Source: Balanoglossus misakiensis
Taxonomy: Eukaryota > Animalia > Hemichordata
NCBI GenBank assembly: GCA_040954595.2
Contig: CM082595.2
Span: forward strand, 6,412,137 to 6,476,136
Reading direction: 5' to 3'
Length of the DNA: 64,000 bases
Position 1 is the stretch's first letter. Every line of letters begins with the position of its first letter. The position numbers were made by a program, and so were the translations under genes. The notes under the pieces are model-generated. The model made no database searches. It was not told the origin of the DNA and saw only the letters and a program-made list of their open reading frames with translations. Shown here one piece after another: positions 22,895-38,940 of the stretch.

Positions 22895-23085
22895 CTAATG
22901 CGTATGGCTGGACAACCACGTCCGGTTGCTATTTAACCCTCCTCCTGCGAAGTGAACAAACAGAGCACTTATGAGTGTCACGCTCACAAGACGAGAAACA
23001 AAGTGGTGGCGCGGTTTTAATTAGAGTGATATTTGAATAGGGAATTTCGCCTGGGCGGCCGCGGTAATTTAACATGCAAATGTCC
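22895..23085 (-). promoter_or_regulatory. Putative core promoter of the neuropeptide gene
   Basis: TATA-like TTAAATAG on the minus strand at 22936-22929, ~95 nt upstream of the ATG (implied TSS ~22895-22905). A GC-rich GGGCGG lies near 23053 and an octamer ATGCAAAT at 23074-23081. Motif-level evidence only. Confidence 0.5.
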
Positions 23086-26000
23086 TGTAGTCGGTGACGA
23101 AAACGGATGCACTTGAGCAGGAAACAGACGGGGAAGTCGTCAACGGTGAGAGGAGAAATTCAAATAAGGATTGTTTTTAGAAGTATTGTTTTGGCACACG
23201 TCCATCAATCCATCACTCACTTGATGTCCACAGCGGTCTAAACGTTGCCACTTCCAGCGGACGGGGCAGAAAAAAATGCCCAGAAAAACCCTGAGCGCGC
23301 GTGGACGACTTAAGTGGTATTAATAGGTCGACCAATATTAGTTCAGTGCTCGCAGAGGAGGTGGCCCGGCTGTGCGCAGGCTCCTAATGACTGGCTGAAT
23401 TCATTTTCAGATCAAATATAGTGCCATCTTATAGTCTGCGTTACGACAGCAAATCGATTTCCCCGACAGTGTCATACACATCACTCACTGTTCAAGTCGT
23501 CAGCGTTGGGCGTGGCTTATAATCAGCATATGCCCCACCTAGCGATGAAGCCTGATATTGTACATTCTCTGCTAACGACGTTGCTGTATGGTTGTTATAT
23601 TGACCCCCCCCCCCCCCACCCACCCACTGCAATATGCTCATGCCAGTGGAGATATGTCTTCCAGGAACTCTTAATACACGTCAACAATTTCCAAAAGCGG
23701 GCATTTCAAAGCTATGATATTCAAATTTCTTCTAAATACGACCCCAGTAGATTGCACTGGACGGCAGCTGACTTCACAAACATGGAAAACTACACCATCC
23801 TGAGTTTACAATTCCCTCATTTGACAAACTTGAGAAGAAGGATTACCGCAACAGAAACCGTTAAAACCACATCTCACTGCTAGCAGCAAATAAATGTTCG
23901 TCTGTTAATCAAAATCTGCGATTTGGCATATTAATATGACTATCGACTCGGTTATGGCACGAACACCAGCTTTGCCGGCACGCGCAGAAAAAAAAGACAT
24001 ATTCAAACAGAGAATCATTCCTTCAACACAAGATAATAATTTGAGGTGTCAAATCAGTTTTGTGCCGTGTAGCACTTTGAAGAAACTGGTATAGTGATAG
24101 TAATATATAGTTTTCAGTGATCAGGATGGTTTTAAATTTTTCTGTCCATGTTGTGTAAATCTTATATGGAAAAACAATAGGGGCAGCAAGCGTAAATATG
24201 TAAGTTCATCCTTCTTGTGCGTTTAGACCTAAAATGATTTTGTGCCATATAATGACTTGTTGCACCGATCACAGTGGAGAGACAGATTGTATGAGAAACA
24301 TGAGATTCAAATATGTGTGACTGTAGCAGTAACAAGGAATACTTATTAGCTTAACAATGCGTCTCATAATACAGATCAAAGTAAAGCGGTAAAAATTATT
24401 TGTCTGGGGAGTTTTAAAATAATGTGCTTGTCTTGGCACGTGTTAAAACGTGTGCGGCCCTTTTTTCTCGGTACGCTCGCGCATTAATACCGCCCCGAGA
24501 TAATCGCTGATGTATCCTTCCGCGAAGAAAATTGGCGGATAGTTGCACGAATTTGTGGGATAGGGGAATTTTTCGTGAAAAATCATCCTTTCCTGTGATA
24601 ATAGCAAGGCTGGTTTCAAGTATTATAGTTTTGCTTATCAACATTACTCTACAGTTGGCAATCTTCCACGCCTTAGTTCTTCGAGTTTAAAGAACCATAA
24701 TGGCTTAAGTGACGTGAACAGCAACCATTTTATCTCAAGATAGTGCCCTAACAGTGCAAGTTATGAGGGAGTTAACATCTTAACTATATTTAATGTCATG
24801 TTTGATACACACTTGGTATATCTCCCCTGAACGCGCATGCTTTAATCGAGTGGTTTGTAAAACAATCTCTCTTCAAATCCCTCGCCGTCTTCACCCACGT
24901 GGCAACTATCGATCGGAAATTACCTTTATTACGCATTCAGTCTGCACAACGGCAAGGTTAACACACTCAACTCGCTGTGTCAAAACTTAGCCGCTATGAT
25001 TTGTCTTTGACGTTGTTCATGATATTGTTTAATCGAATGAAATAAAATGTTAATTTAGTCGCTCTCATAACTCCATTGATCAGTTGACCTTGTTTCTATT
25101 TTATTTTGTGGAAACATTGCGCGGTTAATGATATTCTTTCAAAATATTGATTTCGGGGGAATTATTCATCATTTTCGTGGTGTAAATTATTCATTGTGAA
25201 ATTAATATTCGGAAAGGGACGGTTGGGCGTTTCGAAAATCTGGAAAACGAGATCTATTTTGTATTTCTGTATAGTGCTGTCCGGAGTACGATAGAAAATG
25301 TATCGATGTACATAAGCACAGGTTCAATGCCACAAACCCCTACCCTTCACCATTAGCCAGAACTAGCTACGACAACCACGACTTCTAGAAATTGCCGGCA
25401 ATATCTGCACTTAAGGACAGGAAAAAGGGTGGTATTTTTAACAGGTCGGATACTCGGAACACGATCCACTCGAAGCTACTTCTTGCCAACCTCAACAATA
25501 TCCGATATTAGGGAAGAAATTAAACTTTACCATTGGCGAATTAATCCTGCGCTGTGCATGACAACTAAAAACGTACATGCCTGGAGGTTACAGGACAGTA
25601 TTACTTAAGTGGAGGAAATATTAGTATGACGGGGGCAGTCGTCTCTCTAGTCACATTATTGCTGGAGTAATTTTACATCAATTAAAACAAAGTTGGAGGC
25701 ATAAGGCTTGCGACTTCCATGTTCAAAGGTTTCCTTTGTGGGTGGTCGTGCCAATGGTTTCCGTCGTTTGTAAAGTTGCCTTGAAAAAAATTAATTGAAA
25801 GGTATTCAGAGACCGAATTCCAAAAAACATCATTCTAATGTGATATGTGAACTGTGCATTCAAAAGTTGCTTGCAGAATTTAAAGTTGTTGTTTGTTCTT
25901 GAGTAATGTCGCGAAAGAATACACATGTCTAACTTTCGAGGTAAAACCTCCACTTGGATAGTTTAAGAAGAAAATAGTTCATGATGTTATAGGGTATATT

Positions 26001-26159
26001 TTGATTTATACATTACGACTCTAAGTAAACAAACGTAGATTAATGTTCGTTAAAGAGCGGACTTGTTAAGTACACTGGAGTGCAACAAGGATCAATATTC
26101 TTGTTTTACATGTTTTACTTCTAAATTTTATGGGTTTCTTGCAGTGGCAACGATGAACG

Positions 26160-26480
26160 GTCGTTGCCAAGTGTCCAGTGGCTTCATTTTGTACGGTGGC
26201 CTAAGGTGCCAACTTTACTGCAAACCAGACAATATGGCCGCCTTGTGATAATGTCTATGGTACATTCGTTGCCAAGTGTCGCATGGTTGCATTTACCATA
26301 CACTATAAGCCAAAGGGTCAAGTTCACTGAAAACCGGACAATAAAATGGTCGCACAGTGATAATAATTATTATGCTGCATTCATAGCCGAGTGTTTTATG
26401 TCTACATATACCACAGATTTTTAGCCAAAGGTATCAGCTTCACCAAAAACTGGACAATATGGCAGCATAATGATAATTGT
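26160..26480. repeat. Degenerate ~105-115-bp tandem repeat, about 3 copies
   Basis: TCGTTGCCAAGTGTC occurs twice and AAAC(C/T)(A/G)GACAATA..TGG..GC....TGATAAT three times. Confidence 0.65.
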
Positions 26481-29400
26481 TGATTCTGAACTTGCAGATC
26501 TCATTAACTCACAATCATTTCAAAAATAGAATTCCCAAAGTGAACACCGAACCAAATAAAACAACATAACCCGGATACAATTTTCACCAGGCTTGTTTTC
26601 GAACTGTTTGGATTGAAATGAATGGGAACTCTCGTGAGGTTTTGCAAATGTTGCTGAACTGAATAACCAAGAGATGCAAAGACCATACATGCATATTCAC
26701 CTAAGATCGAAACCAGTCTGACAGCGAGAACAATACTTGGAAAAATTCACCGTAAATTCGTTGATAGTGATATCAAAGGGAAAGAAATTATCCATTGTTT
26801 ACCAAAACTACATCAAATTTTTTGTATTATGATGGAATGAAATTAACATACCCAAATGTCACGCCCGAAATAGAAATGAATTTTTCTGCGCGAGTCCACA
26901 CAAGTTGCCGTTTCTAGGAATTTATTGATAAAATTCATCCCGAAATGCAACATAATAGTTGTTCGGAGTTAACAATATAAACTCATTTTCCTCAGATGTG
27001 TATGAATATTAGAATTCTGATAGCGAATCAAAGTCTATTTAATCTTAAAATAGGGTGAGAGTGTTACTTTGTGTTTGAGTAAGCCTTTTATGTCACACTG
27101 GCGTGCCGTATCGCTATATATCCGTGATGTTAAGACGGGAAGGGTCAATTTTCCATTAACCCCGTATTTTCCCTGTGCAGCGCGGGACACTGTATTGTTA
27201 TCAACATACATGTATTTGTTTTCACTGCACTTTTCTGAAGCTCATGGCTGTTCTCTCTTTTGATCACCGCTCTTCTGCTTGCTGTCCACACACCCTGGTG
27301 TCAGCCGACGCTCTACTTTCTGTCATTAAATTTATTCATTAGTTTCTTGTCATACTTTACTGCTATATGTGTGTAACCGGAAAAGATTTACACGGATTTG
27401 ATGTTTTTAATTCTCAAAAAGTAATTAGAAGAAAGATTTAATTAAAATCTGACAAATCTTTTCCCCTAATTAGCATTGTCACTTAATAAGATAGATGATG
27501 TAACGTAATGAGCGAACTTCCCACTGTATGCTATAAAATCCTGTTAATCTTGAGATTTTATCTGTCAGACATAACTGATTGATATAATTTAAATGACAGG
27601 AATACAAAAGTGTCTATACAGCTTGGTTGTTTGCGAAGCTTCCGCAGGATGGCGGGTAACTCCCGAAAAGTATGTGCACATGCGCGGTTTCGCGGTTCCT
27701 GATCATGTTGCTGAACTAAATAAAAGCACCACACAGGAAAAGAAATTTAAAAATAAGAAACATATTTCCTAAATTACTAATTAGCTACTATAAAAGTAGA
27801 ATAATTGGTACAGGCGCCTGTTTTGAGAAATCTTAAAAATTTGTAAATGAGCAAAACTCAAAAAAATGAGCGGATGTTGAATGGTTCTCCCATTGCCAAT
27901 TTCCGGCTTATGGGACTGCGGTTTAGACCAAACTAGACTATCACAAGACAGGCGGCGGTGTACTTATCACAGTATAGTCTTGTCAAATAACCAGGACGCA
28001 TATGCCCTATTACATCTCTGGAAACAAATTGACATTGGTTACGACATACGAAGGTGTTTGCATAACAGATAATACTTGACAGTTGGTTTTATTAGGGTAC
28101 TTAAATACCGCTCTGAAACCAGGAAGGTTACTCCCCCTCCCCCAAATCCCTTTCCACACACTTATCACTTCAGTTAGAGATAGGATTGACATACAGTGGT
28201 ACAGGGGGTGACTCTCCTTGGACTGTGGCCGCTCCAATGCAATAGCCTGCCCCCATCTTTTTTTCACTGAGCAAATTATGTATTTATCAATAAACGGCCG
28301 TGACGAGGTCAAACAACAATGCGTTTCATTAGTGCTAGAGGTGTGGATTTCCTTCGTCAACATTAATTAAGGTTTGATACACAAGAAAGCGCTTGTTTGT
28401 ACGCTACTCAACGGGTCAACATCCTGAAACGTCATGAATACTATAATGTCCATATTCGAACTAATTGGTTTCGCGGCTGAATAATAACAAGTATGTGGAG
28501 TACATCACGATATTGCCAAAATGATAATTCATACACACACAAAAACTTAACAGTACGATATATAGGCATTTCTCAAAAGTCTATCTGTATCTGTTTTCTC
28601 TGCAGGAGACACCATGGCGACATCGCCGAGGTCGGCATGGCAACCGCGAAGAATGCACGGTGAGTTTCCGCGCGCTCTCAGAAAATTTAAATGCCTCGTC
28701 ATTGTCCAGCGAGACAAAGGCGCGATCCACTGGTTGTGGCTGACAGATATCTGTCACAGTTTCCACACTGGTTGCGTTTTATGTGGCTTTCTACTGGGAA
28801 TTTGAAAAGTGTACGAGTTGTAGAGTTGTTCGAGTAGTAGTGAAAGGGTGTGCGCAAGACTGCGAGTTAAGCCTGAAGAGTTACTTGTTTTGATGAAAAT
28901 TTCACATATTTAAAGGCGCAAATTAAGTCTTTATCAATTTTTACAATAGTAAATTGATTAACTTCATGAAGATTTCAATGGAAAACAGAAGCTTTGCACT
29001 AGACAAATTTTCAGTATCCCCCCCCCTTACCTTCATCAGTTGTCCAGTTTATTAGAATTGCGCTAAAATGTAAAAATCCCGGTTCACCGATACGTTCGCA
29101 AAGGGCGAGGTTAGATGAGTCTTTTGTCAGTTGCAGTAATTTCAAGTTCATTAACCTTTGAAATGTATGAATAGCTTCTAACAAATTCCGCGAATAATAT
29201 ACACACCCATTTCTTCGCAAAGAGGTGGATCTGCCCCATATAAAAATTAATTTCAGCATTATAATTGAGGAAATTTATAATTATAAACCCTTTGTGTAAA
29301 CGCCAGTAGAAGGACTTGTGGCGTCATCCCGGAATTTGATTAAAATCACGATAAAGACACAAAACAATTCATCAATAAATACTTAACGGGTACTTTAAAG

Positions 29401-32400
29401 ATCCTGCTTATTTCCTGCCCTCGCGTCAACAGTACCCTACGTACATCATCGACATTTAGTGTTATTTATGGATAATTTTAAACGATCATGTGAGTGGTGA
29501 TGGTTTCAATGTGACCCATGCCTTATAAATGAAAGAAGAGCATTAAAGGTGCATCTTCTATAAGAGCAAATTTATTTATGAATAATTCATTAGCAAACAA
29601 AGGTTTGGCACTCCATAAACATTTAATGTCAACAAGAAATGATGCGAGAACCAGGGACGGAAAATTGCTTCGTTATTTGTGAAAGATAATGTAAATGTGT
29701 GTTTAATATTAATCTGCCTGAGGTTTACTTATTTGTCGAAAAAAACTAAGCTAGTGGTTGCCTGTTATACTGGGATATGTTAAAACCTTCAGTCGGATTC
29801 AAAACAAGCTAGACTCCCTTGTCCTGGAACTTGAAAGCATCGGACATGTCATTGTCCACTCAGTGAAGCTCGGGATGGGTTTCTCAGTTGTCAATCAACT
29901 TTACCAGCTGGGAAGGTATTCAAGGGCGTCGTTGACACTCACTCAATCTGTTTTGCATATTAAATAACTGCATATCCAACGGCTGTTACGTCAAGAGGCC
30001 TAGCATGGCTAATATGCGCTCCATCTTGAATAATAGGGCATAGAGTGCCCTATTACGCATATATGAAGTGCACACACCTGCCCCTGTTATTAATTTGTTA
30101 TGGCTAGACCATTATGGTCATCTCATAAAAACGGAGTACGTTTTTCTAGTCATTGAACAATTTTAAAAGACTGGTTCGAGATTGGACTAGAAAATTTGGA
30201 CTTAACGTTTGGTCATAACTTCATGAGAGATTATAGAGGTGCATAATGAAAGTACTGTGTCCTTTAAACTAAAGTCAATGTTTCAGTGTTCGCTTTGCTC
30301 TCATAATAGCATGGACTAATTTTTTTTTGATAAGTCTGAATTTGTGCGGCCCCGCCTACATGTTGATCAAACATTCGGTGACAGCTTTTGTCAAATTAGG
30401 TAATATCAGCTCCTGACGTCAACGCCATAATAAAAACCAGCCAATCAGGTAGAATAAGGCGCGGTGTTCCGTAAGTAAGATCGTGCGCAGGAAAGTGCTC
30501 CAATAGAAACCTTGTACGTATTCTGCCCTATGATTGGCCGAATCACTATCACGTGAGGTGCATTTTGCGAAGACATATGCAACGAGCGTTGTATCGGTTT
30601 TGGAACGGTCACCTGGCCACTTGGAAACTAACTGCGCATGTGCACGCCAGATAAAACGAATAGAAATCTAGCTGCCCAAGTGTGGTGCAGGAGATCCCGC
30701 AGATATTCTGACTAGTAGTATAAACCCACAGGGTTGTGATACAAACAACATGTTCACATTCAAGATACAATATGACAGCTGTCTCCCCTCGTGCCCCCAC
30801 ACACACCTGTCTCCCAACAGTCTGTTTACCCAGGCCACAGGCGTCATTGAAATTTTCCTCGAGATATTGCCACTCAGCAACAGAACAAACTGTCTCATTC
30901 CCGCGTGAAATTGACGGGTTTTCTGTGGTAAATTGTTGACTTTCCCTCCGGGAGACAACTGTACACTGTTACACTCATTGTCAGTCAATATATGTGTATA
31001 AATACCGCCCGAAGTAGCAACAAATTTGACAACTTACCCTTGTTTGAAATACTGCACTGCTTACGTCATTGTAAATTTGCTAAATTCAAATAATGTATGG
31101 TAATATAGCAAGCTATATTTAACACAATGGGTTTTCATAAAACAATAACCCCACCTAATTCTTCTACATATGGGGATATGACTTGCTTCATACAAAGGGG
31201 ACAGTGCTTCATATGAATCGGTCTCATGAATTTGGTTGAATGCAAAATTTCTAAATTGCGCGTGTAAGTGCAGTCGTGTAGCCCAATCAGAATGAACTCA
31301 AAAAGAGTGGATTGCAGTACCCTATCAGGGATCTGCCACTAATGGCCCGCATGTACCAGAGTGATCGTTAGTGTAAAAAGAGAAATAGCGAGGCAAGCTG
31401 AGGCCGCGGGAACCGCGATCGTGCTCAGCAAATTAGTAATGGTAGTCCTTAGGTGTAAACACACCTTCCTACCCCCAAGAGGCAATTAGGGTGTCCGCCT
31501 TTGAGTGCAACGTGGTGTTCTCTGCGTGTGAATAATGCAGTCGTGTTTTGATACTCAGAAAGAATACTGTATGCTTCTCCACCAATCTGGCTAATTTTTT
31601 TGCGTGCGTCTATGCACCAGGCGCGGTTATCAGAAAAGTTATACACGCGTTCTACTTAATGCTGTTTTATTGTGACTTAAACCTGCACTGCCTGCTTGTG
31701 CAAAATCAGAGTGGTGGTTTTAACTGCCCAATTTCTCGTTCCACAAGTAACATACGCATATTTGAGGGGAAAAATATATTACATCGAAACTACAGCTTTC
31801 TTTCATTTGTATGTGACAATACCGAAGCCCAAAAGAAGCCTGAAATGTTAAAGTTGAAAATCCAGAAAAGAAGAACGGATTCGTTCTGGTGTAAGAGCAC
31901 ATAAAATTGATGAGTTTTTGTGTGTCAAAAATTAACGTTAAAGGAACTTAGAGCTAATTCGTCATCTGAAAGGCATTTATGTGGTTGTGCTTTTGGTTAT
32001 TTGGTTATGATTGTGGCCTTAAAAGTATTGGTGCTTTATAGCACATAGTCTGGCTGAACTGGTCATGTGACAACTGAATGTAATATTCAGTATTTATTAA
32101 TGTAAAATGGAAAATGATGCCTTAAGGCAAGAGTTAACTTAAAAATTAATGACAGTTAACTGGATTTTGGTATATTTAAGCGAATTTCCAAAGATTAATA
32201 ACCGACTTTTGCCATTTCTATTGTTTCCGGTCCGCAATAATACAAACATAATTGCGTTTACCTTAGGTAAATGAAAAATGACAGAGAAAACTTCATTAAA
32301 ACCCTGAGCATGGTTTTCAATCATTTATAGGTATACAGTCACCTATCTTAACCCACATTTAACCACAGTTACCATGGACATTTGAGATTTAACCAATCAC

Positions 32401-35400
32401 AGATTTTCACTTGGATGGCCACGCGAAAAAGTGAGCCACCACACGGTCTTCAGAAGACTCGGGCACATTCATTAACCCCATACAAGCACATGTAAACTAG
32501 ATGTAGTTGTACACCTTTAAATGTAACACAGAAAGACATTTGGAGTAATCACATAAAACAACAAAAATTATTTTTTTTTAAAATAAAGACAGATTACTGG
32601 AGATTTTCTCTGTAAGTTTGCTAATAGACTTTCTAACTACCATACTTTTTTTTCATTTGAGGCGATATTGTGGAAGTGCTAGTTTGTTTTCACAAAAAAG
32701 AATATTACATCCAGCGGTAAGATCGCAAGCCGCTACTCCACAAAAGGTTTTTGGCTAATCGTGAGCCCCAAAACGATAACCTACATCAGCGCGAGACGAC
32801 GGGATTATGAATTTTCATCGGTAGAAAGCACTTGAGTGGCAGAGCTGCGTTCGCCCTGCAGTTATATACAGCGCGGTGTAGAACTATCCAATATGTATGA
32901 AGCTTTTATCAACAACATGGCTCTACCATACGCGTTTCAACAAAGGGACTGGAAACATATTCCGACTGCAATCTAAACCACAACACAAACCTCGATACAG
33001 CTCTGAAATATGTATGATATCGCTTTCCAAAATAAAAGCTCATAGTATTCTTCAGACTTCGTTTCAGATATTGAAATGAATTTATGTTGCGCGAAACTTA
33101 CTCAAACTAAATTAAAGTTAAGAAGGTATACTATTCAGTTAATGCATGCATGCAGGTTTTTAATTGTTTGCATATGAAAGGCAGTAACTTATGCTGATGT
33201 CATAAACGGAAGTTTAGAGTTTGCTGGTCGTCAGACCACTGAGGAAGCAGATAAAGAGAAACCTCCATTCACAGAAATGTGAAATTTGATTGGTTGTAAC
33301 AGTGGGTTACTCCGATTGGCTAGCATATTATATCTTGATAGTGAAGCTCAATTTTCTAAAAACGGATGTCAAAATTTGTTACACATATTCTTAAAAATTT
33401 ACTCGATGAATGATAGAAACATGATCGCATAGGGGGATCGACAACTGACCATAACCAATCACTGACGCCTAAGCACGCATGCGTTTTGAGCAACTTCCGG
33501 GAGCACTTTTCAAAGTTACGGATTCCAAAATGGCAGTTTACCTTTGTCTGCAGGGATAAACGATAGTTTAGGTCACATGATTTGGTTTGAGTCAAACTCT
33601 TGGAGGAAAGATCAGTCCAAAGGAAGCTGTTCATGGTGGAGAAACTGACCGGTCTTAATGTAGCTTGTCTCGGAAGTACAGTCTTCACCAGTTCTCCAGT
33701 TACAGCGTAGACATGGGTTGCAATTGGATGGGCGTTGGATTGTAGGTCCGCAAACACGTAACGCCTCCCCCCCCCCCCCCCCCATGCGATGAACACGTGC
33801 AAGATGGAGTCTGGAAGCCGAGCAACTGGCGGGAATACCCACGCAGCCAATGACGTGGAAAGTGCCCTTGCCTGAATGCAATCCCAAACAATCCCATAAT
33901 CCCCTTATCAGTTAACGCTACTCTACGCGTCCACTGGAACTGTTGGCCAGTCGTGATGTTTCGAGGCATGAAATTCCACTTACATGTACACGTAAAATAT
34001 TTCCAAAATCATAGACGTGGAAAGAGTAACACAACAGTAAAGTCGAGTACAAATTTCCAAGCATAAGCTGCCATACAATCTGTTTTACATACTTAAATTT
34101 TAGTCGTAGGGCTATTAGGCTGCCAACTTCATGGGCAGGGCCACAGTTCCTCAAGAAAGATGGTGTCTTTCTTGGGAGACTGTGATTTCAAGGCTAAGGA
34201 TGGTAGGGATTGCATGCATTACACTTTATGTAGAAAGGTGGACAACACTGACTAAAATATTGTTCTGAGCGATAAGACGGGAAAATTTACCAAGAAGTCG
34301 GTCCGAACATGAGTAAGACGTCTATGAGAACTTACTTTTATACATGAATGAATGAGTATTGCTCTGTTAGTACTCCTAACATAAGACTCAGTAAAAAAAT
34401 CTTATTTGTCCTAAAGTTTAGAATAAACTCACAGCTAGCTCCACTCAACTAAATTAAATTGCCCTTCAGCCCTAAAATGATAATTAATATTAAAAATGAA
34501 TCGATAGGCCAAAATGAGTTCCGAATAATCTGATTAAGGCTGACCTTGTTCCTGGTGAACACAAAAACTCCTCTGCTGTCGTCACGACGGCAAGATAATT
34601 CGCGCGCCTTCCTGAATAAGACTTTCTAAAATATTAACCATGCCCCATGGCTTAACCTATTTCAGAATTTCGAAAACCGACAAATGGCCTCTTAGATCAA
34701 TGTCTCCGAGACTTTCTCAAGACCTGACCCGAGATAACCCGAAGTGGCCTGATATTTCGGTAGAACTTTGTAACTGGCCCTCCGAGCTCCTTCTCGCTGA
34801 TAAACATTGAATGCAGAAGAGTGTCTCCTGCATTGTGTCACCGCATCACGGTAATAACTTGGGAGTTTCCCATTATCCGGGTGTATCTATAGGCTATGTC
34901 TTAGAACTTCTTCGGAAGTTAATAAATGGGAGTTACAGAAGAGAATAATGAACCGGGGGTGTATGTGAGTGTGTGACTGTTTTCCTTTCACAAAGTACTG
35001 AAACATCGCTGGCACGTAAGCTAAAATTCAGTTGGTACAAATCGTGGGCGAGGAAGTGGAACTTTAAGCTAACCAGCATGACCTTCACATTTTAAGAGCT
35101 ATGTCTTGCGCGGCCGCTGAAGTTTCAAAATGGAACGGCATTCATTTTTCAAAAGAACTTCAAACTTGTAAAGTATCAACGCCCACCCACTGTCCGTTTG
35201 TTTCCAACATCTACTACCACTTTACGATAGAACTGCAGTTTACACACCGATTTTGGCCAAATTTCAGTCCTTACGATAATTTGGTTTGTTTCATGTTGAC
35301 ATTTCTGGTGAAAATATGGACTTAAGATTTGTAAGCCCTCGCTTCCAAAGAGATCTAAACTTTCAGCGAATGACATCAACGCTCGATTTTCAATGCTTTT

Positions 35401-38400
35401 CAATGACATAGGCCAAATACTAAAAGGTTGGTTTTGTGGCGAGTAAGCGTCCAATTTAATAAGCATACTACATTGTAGCTAACCATTTGTTCTTGGCAGT
35501 GTATCCCATTGCTAATATGTGGCTAACTAGCCCAGCTAAAAGACAATTACCCACACAGAGACATAATATCCTGCCGTCTGATTCCCCACTGAAAACAATA
35601 GACCCCTTGCTCCAGACAAAAAGGAATATGAGATTGTCCGCAGGAGAAACAGATTCCCTTTGCGCAAACGCGATCTCATTCCGTGTGCTAAACCTTTAGT
35701 GGGATATCCGGAATACATGTATTGGCCACGTGCATCGAATCTCTTTTTCCTTTTCTGTTGGGAATCAAACATTCTCTACTTTTGCATCTGGTGGGTTACA
35801 TTCAGTCCCCAAAGAATAACAGAAGACTAGCGTCCCCCTTTAATGAAAGACTGGTTCACCCAAAGTTATAACTGGCTGTGAATAATGGAATAAATCATTC
35901 CGAAAATATTCGTTGGAAGGGTATCTGTATTCGAGTATCATGCACAAAGATTTGGTGCAACATTTTAGTTAGTTGTGGGTACAGAAAATTGCATTTACGA
36001 GATCTCAATCTATACTCTATATGCACAAACCGATGTCAGATGGAGTATAACTATAAGTCGACAATAAACAGTGCCCAAGTAAAAAAAAACTAGAAACAAC
36101 GTTTTCACATCTAAATGTATTTCGTGATCGATGACATATTCTATTGAGGGCCTTTGTGCATTTACAAGTTACATTTTTTTACCAATTTTGCGAACAAGGT
36201 GTTGTACGTGAGTCTGTCGCGGTTATACACGAACAACGCAAGTGTCCCATACATTACATGCAGATGCCAAGTGTCGCAAGGAGATGCGTCGGTTGAAGCC
36301 CATGATATGTGACTCGCATAACCAGTTCTTATAACACTTCAGCCAAATGTACATAATCTCGTTCAGGTGAACACGGCTGCCAGTAGCCCCAAGGTGGTTG
36401 TTTTCAATCTTGCATGACGTGAATATTTTCCTTGAATCTACAGAGTAGTACTTCATCAGTAACACGCACTGCATATTTGGGTTTTCGCCTTGGTTATATA
36501 TTTTGAAGCCTTACAGTCGACCTACGCTTGCTGAGGGAAAAACACGAGGCACATACTAAACAGGAACGTGTGATTTAATTCATAATTTCACTTTGTGTAG
36601 TCATTGTGGACAATTAAATTTTGATTTAGAGGTCGAAAAGAAGACTGTCTTGACCCGGCAGGCACCACTTGTGCGTCAAACTTGCCATTTTAATTGGCAT
36701 GTTATGGCTTACTTTTACAAAGCCCAGACATTAACATATCTGAATGCTAAAAGTCTCTGCACATTTAGTCTTCCTCTCTGACGACACAATCACTAACTAC
36801 GACGATAGCCTGTCACCAGGGTAGGGCATAGAGCAAGCACGGTCAGAGATGAGAAATCGAGCAGGGAGCGATTATAGGTGTCGAAGATGGCGCCCATCCG
36901 AAAGTAGATGGTGGAAGAAGCCGGATGAGAACATGGGACTGTTAAATGTTGTCTGTACTGTACGAAATGTAAATTAATATGATATGCAATTTCAGTGTCC
37001 ATCTCTAAAGAAACAATCTATATGATAGTGGGCAGACATAGATGTAAAGGTGGCAAAGGATTTGGGGCAAAAATAATATTTATTTTATTAATAATCTAAC
37101 AATAACTGATAAAATATTAAACAATGATCTCTGTGACGCCATCTAAATTTTTTAACAAAATGGCGTCCGTTGTGAAAAAAAAATGGAGAACACATAACCA
37201 CAGTCATTCACAATTACAGATTTACATCTGCTGAGGGAACTTCGCGCCAAAATGTCAAACAAAAAAGAAGTTGTCTAATTACTTGTGTAGCGAATCTCAC
37301 TGGTGTGTTTATTCATTGATAAACATCTGGAGTGTGATTTGAAAAATATGAAGTGCCCACGTTAATTTTGATGATGGAACCGACAAATTTTAGTGCTGCA
37401 CAAAACAAGAGCGTGTATGTAGTGCACTTTTGCCCTAAATAGCCTTATTTTATCTATATCTGACTACAGAATCGAAATTACCAGCACCACAAATGCTTTT
37501 AAGTCTGGAAACCCAGTGATCATTATTCGCGTTGTCGTAAATGGAATGAATTTTTTTTTTCTCAACCAGCCCGGGGAACAATATGTGCGCTCTGTCTGAC
37601 AGCCGCGTGGCGGCCATTTTCTGGATTCCGAATGAATAATCAACGGAAGTGCCCTGGGAAGTGTTATATTTCGCGCCATGTCTTCGGGGCTGTTGTAATA
37701 ATTGATATTATGTGACCTCAGATACTTCAAGCTTCAATCCCGAGCATCCCCCACTGATTTACATTGCATAAATTGTCCCCCGCACATTTTGCCGTAATTT
37801 GAGCAAACAGCTCTATACTCAGCAGGGCTGGGCAAGCGCGTCACTGCACTGCACTCGCTGGACTCAAACTAACCGATTGTGATATCCTCTGATAATTACC
37901 TCGCAAATCAAAACCTTTTAAATCATATAATCGAATAAACAAAACAAATATGAACAGTTTCAATAAGGAGCACAATTATGAGTATGGTGTGACAAACAGC
38001 ACGGATCTAGATGGAAAATAAGAGGGGGAAAAACACGAGCCCGGTAGCGAGAGAGCCAATGTACTCGACGGACTAGATGAGTTGTCAGACCTGAGTGTTA
38101 GAGGTGTTGACCTCTTCCTGTCCCGCTTGTAATTAACTGTCAGTGTACGTTAGTACGCGAAAGTGCCAAAACAAAAACGAGAGCACGATGCCAGTCAAAT
38201 TTGACGACGCGGACATTGATTGTTGTAAAGTAACGTTGCTTCTGCAGTTATGTTTGTTTAATTGTGTGACTATCCAGACAGAGAAATCTCCGAACGTAAA
38301 CGGCAAACACTAAATATTCTTGTCCAAACGGAAGATTAAAACTTCAGCGGAATTCACAAAAGGGGTGATGCGATTGGCACATCGTTCCGTTTGATACGAA

Positions 38401-38940
38401 CGACCATTTGTAAACCAACCCAACCTCACGTTCACAATGGCATGTTTCACGTGACTGAGTGACAAGGCGGTAATTATTCGCTCTCCGACCAAATCTATGA
38501 GAAATTTACACTCCGTCACTGCATTGAGTAATGAACTTCTTAATTTATTAATGTGAACAAAATCCACCCAGGAAACCAGCTCAAACCAGCGGCGTGTAGA
38601 TGGTTATTAAATGTAAACCGATAAATATTATCTTCCATCTATCAGGTTCATATTGCTAATGCATCCTTCCAGGTTAAATTTTAATAATGAATGTGAAGAA
38701 AAACTCAAGCGACGTCTTTCGCGTGTCACATACACCAATGCTCAAACTTCGGGTATTGTCAGATTGATAATTTATGATTTACCGAGTCAGTATATTGCTT
38801 GGTCAGGTTCTCACAATATCGAAGGCAAGCGTACTGTAACTGAATTTACTAGCAGTGTAAGTCCAAACAGTTGGTAACTAAGAGAAAATTCCCTATCGCT
38901 GAAAATCTTGAAATGGAAAGGCGAGTACTTTTGATTTTTC

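Noticed and set aside
33356-33969. Overlapping minus-strand ORFs (up to 164 aa, one Cys-rich)
   Set aside because: No recognisable domain, they run through a poly-C tract, and no clear splice sites were seen. BLASTX would settle it.
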